Below are positions 61,470 through 64,000 of a DNA stretch of 64,000 nucleotides, piece by piece (positions within the stretch are counted from its first letter, which is position 1; each line of letters opens with the position of its first letter). The notes beneath the pieces were generated by a model. It was not told where the DNA came from. It did no database searches and saw only the letters and a list, made by a program, of their open reading frames with translations. Source of the DNA: Takakia lepidozioides (Eukaryota > Plantae > Bryophyta); assembly GCA_030704615.1 (NCBI GenBank), contig CM060733.1, positions 71,424,001 to 71,488,000 of the forward strand, in the 5' to 3' direction. The translations under genes and the position numbers were made by a program.

Positions 61470-64000
61470 AGTGGCATTTGCAATGGCATGGCAAGCCTCC
61501 TGGCCAAGACTCAGCCCAAGTCGCCTACATTCCATGGAATCGCGTTGCTGATTTCATTATTGGGAATCATCCCGTACAGATGGCCCATGCACTTTCCACA
61601 GGCATCACCAAAGAGGCCATCCGAAGGGATCTCTGTTAGCTCCTCGCACCAACAGTGCTTTGACTATAACAAGGTACATCTTGGGCTGATGTTCATGTGT
61701 TGCAATGCCTATTCCATGATTTCCATGAATGCAGAGAGTGCCTGAGTCCCCTTAGAGTGATAGTAACAGAATGTAGTTTGTGATTGTAGGTATCACTGCT
61801 CATATGGTCCAGAGGACAGAAGTACGGCCCTCTTGGATATTACCCCTGCAATGGCACACAAGAAACGCCGAGCAAAACCTGCAAAGAAGAAGGGGAGGAA
61901 GCCAAGAGTCACAGCCGCTTCCACTGAAGCAAAGCCAAAACAAGCAAGGACTACACAAACAAAATCGGGGGAAGGCATCAAGAGGGGATGCATGTGCAGG
62001 TTTGTAGTGAAGCAATGCTATGTGGACCCTGATATTGCAGAGCTGGTCTATTACGAAAAGAGACATGTCAATGGGGCTGGAGAGGTCTGCCATGGACCCA
62101 CTCAGCAACTAGGTCGTATTTCATTAGCTCCCCACTTGAGCGATGACATGAAATCCTGGGTGTTACATAACCTACGTCTGGGACTAAGCGTCAACAAGAT
62201 AATGGCAAAGCACACGCAGAGGGTGAGGGATATCATGGATGGGGGGTTGGAGGTTACTCGTGATACCTTCCTTCTTTCAAGTGACATCCGAAATATTGCC
62301 AACAAGTGCGATGAAGAAACTTTCAAAAAACACTCCAATGATACACAAAGTGTCCGAATGTGGGTGCATGAAAACACAACAAGCGTTTTCTACTACCAGG
62401 AAGAGTGTAATCACCCTGCGTGGACGTTGAATGACCGAAAACTGGACCTTCCATTTGTGCTTGGCATACAAACTGATTGGCAGAGAAAACAAATGCTCAA
62501 ACACGGCCATCGTCGCATAGTTGCTTGTGATGCAACCTTTGGGACGAATGAAAAGAAGGTTGTGGCAGTTTCTTAACCCAAATGTCCTCAAAGCTTGTCA
62601 AATTATGTTCTTCATGTGAACTTTTCTGTTCTCGTACCATTTCCTTTGAACTCACTTCAGTTACACATGATTATTGTTGCAGTACCCCTTGTATACCATG
62701 ATGGTATTCGACGACTGGCTCAATGGTATTCCAGTGGCTTACATTATCACTGCAAGGTGCAAAACCATCGATCTTACGCCTTGGATGGAGGCACTTAACA
62801 AACAAATGACAAGCCTGCAGGTAGACTGGCGTCCGAATGCCTTTATTGTGGATGACGCAGATGCTGAAATTGCTGCAATTAGGTACGTCCATGAACTCAG
62901 GCAATATACTTACCATGATCTCTTAGTTACACATGAATTTCAGTTTACCTGCCTGATAAGAGAACAGATCTGTGTGGGGGGATTGTGCTGTTTTTTTGTG
63001 CTTGTGGCATGTTCGCCAAACCTGGCAGAAGAATGTTGTAGCAAAGGTAAAAGACCTAGTATTGCGAGCGGCTATCTTACAAGACCTGGCACAGATCATG
63101 TACAATAGAAAGGAGACCTCTGGGGATGCAGGTGAAGCATGGGCCGTATTCAAAATTCTGGACCTGCGGGAGAAGTACCCTTCTGAGACAGAATTATGTA
63201 CCTACATGGAGACAGAGTGGCTTCCAAAAGCCAAAATGTGGATGAAGGGATCCCGGAACATACCTTATGCCTCTCAAGACACTAATGCTACCATAGAATC
63301 ATACCACGGGAACCTGAAAGCGCAATTGAAGAGCACCAAAAGCGTCCTCGGTAGTAGGCAGGTGGATTGGCTCATCTCTGAACTGACATGTGATGTGCTA
63401 ACCCATTACTGGTACATGTCACATGCGAAGGCTTATGGGTTCATCCGAAACAAGCGGCATGAGGGATTTGTTTGTACTTCTATTTTGCTTGCCAACGACA
63501 TTCCAGATGCGAATGTGCACCTGCCTGACACACCCGGAGGCATTGCAACAGTTCAATGCCACCGCCATTTGGGTATGACATATATTGTCCACAATCCGGA
63601 TTCTAAGTGGGGTTGCTGTGATTGTCATTGGGCCTAGAAAGGAAATTTGTGTGCACACCAGGTAAAGGTTTTGAAGATGCTCCACCCCCATGTGGAGGAC
63701 GGGCTGATTGCAAAGTTGTGGGGATCCCTATTGGGCACATGTAAAGGTGGCCTCCACAACTTGCTAGCTGCCCATCAGTCCCCCTCTTCCATGCCTTCGT
63801 CTTCACAAACTCCCCCAAGTCTGACCTCCCCTTCTATGGCTCACAAAACATCCGCTGGTACAAGTCCATTGCCCAACCTACTTGCCCTTATTTCTACAGA
63901 GTGGGAAAGTATTCTTCAACTGACAGTTACCAGCAAATTCCTCCAGCAACATCTTCTTGCATTAGTGAGAGCTACGAAGGGAAAGATTTTGGACTTGACT
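61470..64000 (+). pseudogene. MULE (Mutator-like) SWIM-type transposase, spliced, with a premature stop; runs off the window
   Basis: KRGCMCRFVVK..H..HG, APHLSDDMKSWV, FVLGIQTDWQ, ACDATFGTN|YPLYTMMVFD..GIPVAYII, FIVDDA, LCLWHV, TNATIESYH, SWIM CCDCHWA*KGNLCAH. Introns at ~61673-61789, 62559-62682 and 62883-62967. Confidence 0.9.

Overview
This window is repeat-rich nuclear DNA from a seed-free land plant, inferred from PLS/DYW PPR genes, spliceosomal introns and an axonemal-dynein fragment. Left to right it holds: (1) a decayed cluster of PLS-class PPR/E-DYW editing-factor copies (~0.4-10 kb) that carry an OSB-type PDF motif and are interrupted by a 5'-truncated LINE; (2) a small phage/giant-virus-like SSB ORF (~10.4 kb); (3) an outer Ty3/Gypsy element (12.35-31.4 kb) with a captured dynein AAA1 fragment; (4) a young 11-kb Gypsy nested in it (17,567-28,628), with a 4-bp TSD, unequal LTR ends and a second, degenerate RNase H; (5) a ~20-kb putative DNA-transposon region (~32.7-52.8 kb); (6) an intact spliced RRP8 gene (55,338-59,057); (7) a MULE/SWIM transposase pseudogene running off the right edge. 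Region 5 contains SWIM/MULE-like transposase pieces, an FCP1/NIF domain, a solo LTR and a Tnp1-like domain. Its highlight is a 9-exon gene fusing a ParB/Srx-like domain to a beta-class (N4/N6) DNA amino-methyltransferase domain. One array lies upstream of that gene and another in its intron 5, giving ~32 copies of the palindrome GGAAATTCGGCGCCGAATTTCC spaced at near-integer helical turns. All domain calls are by-eye motif recognition; no database search was run.
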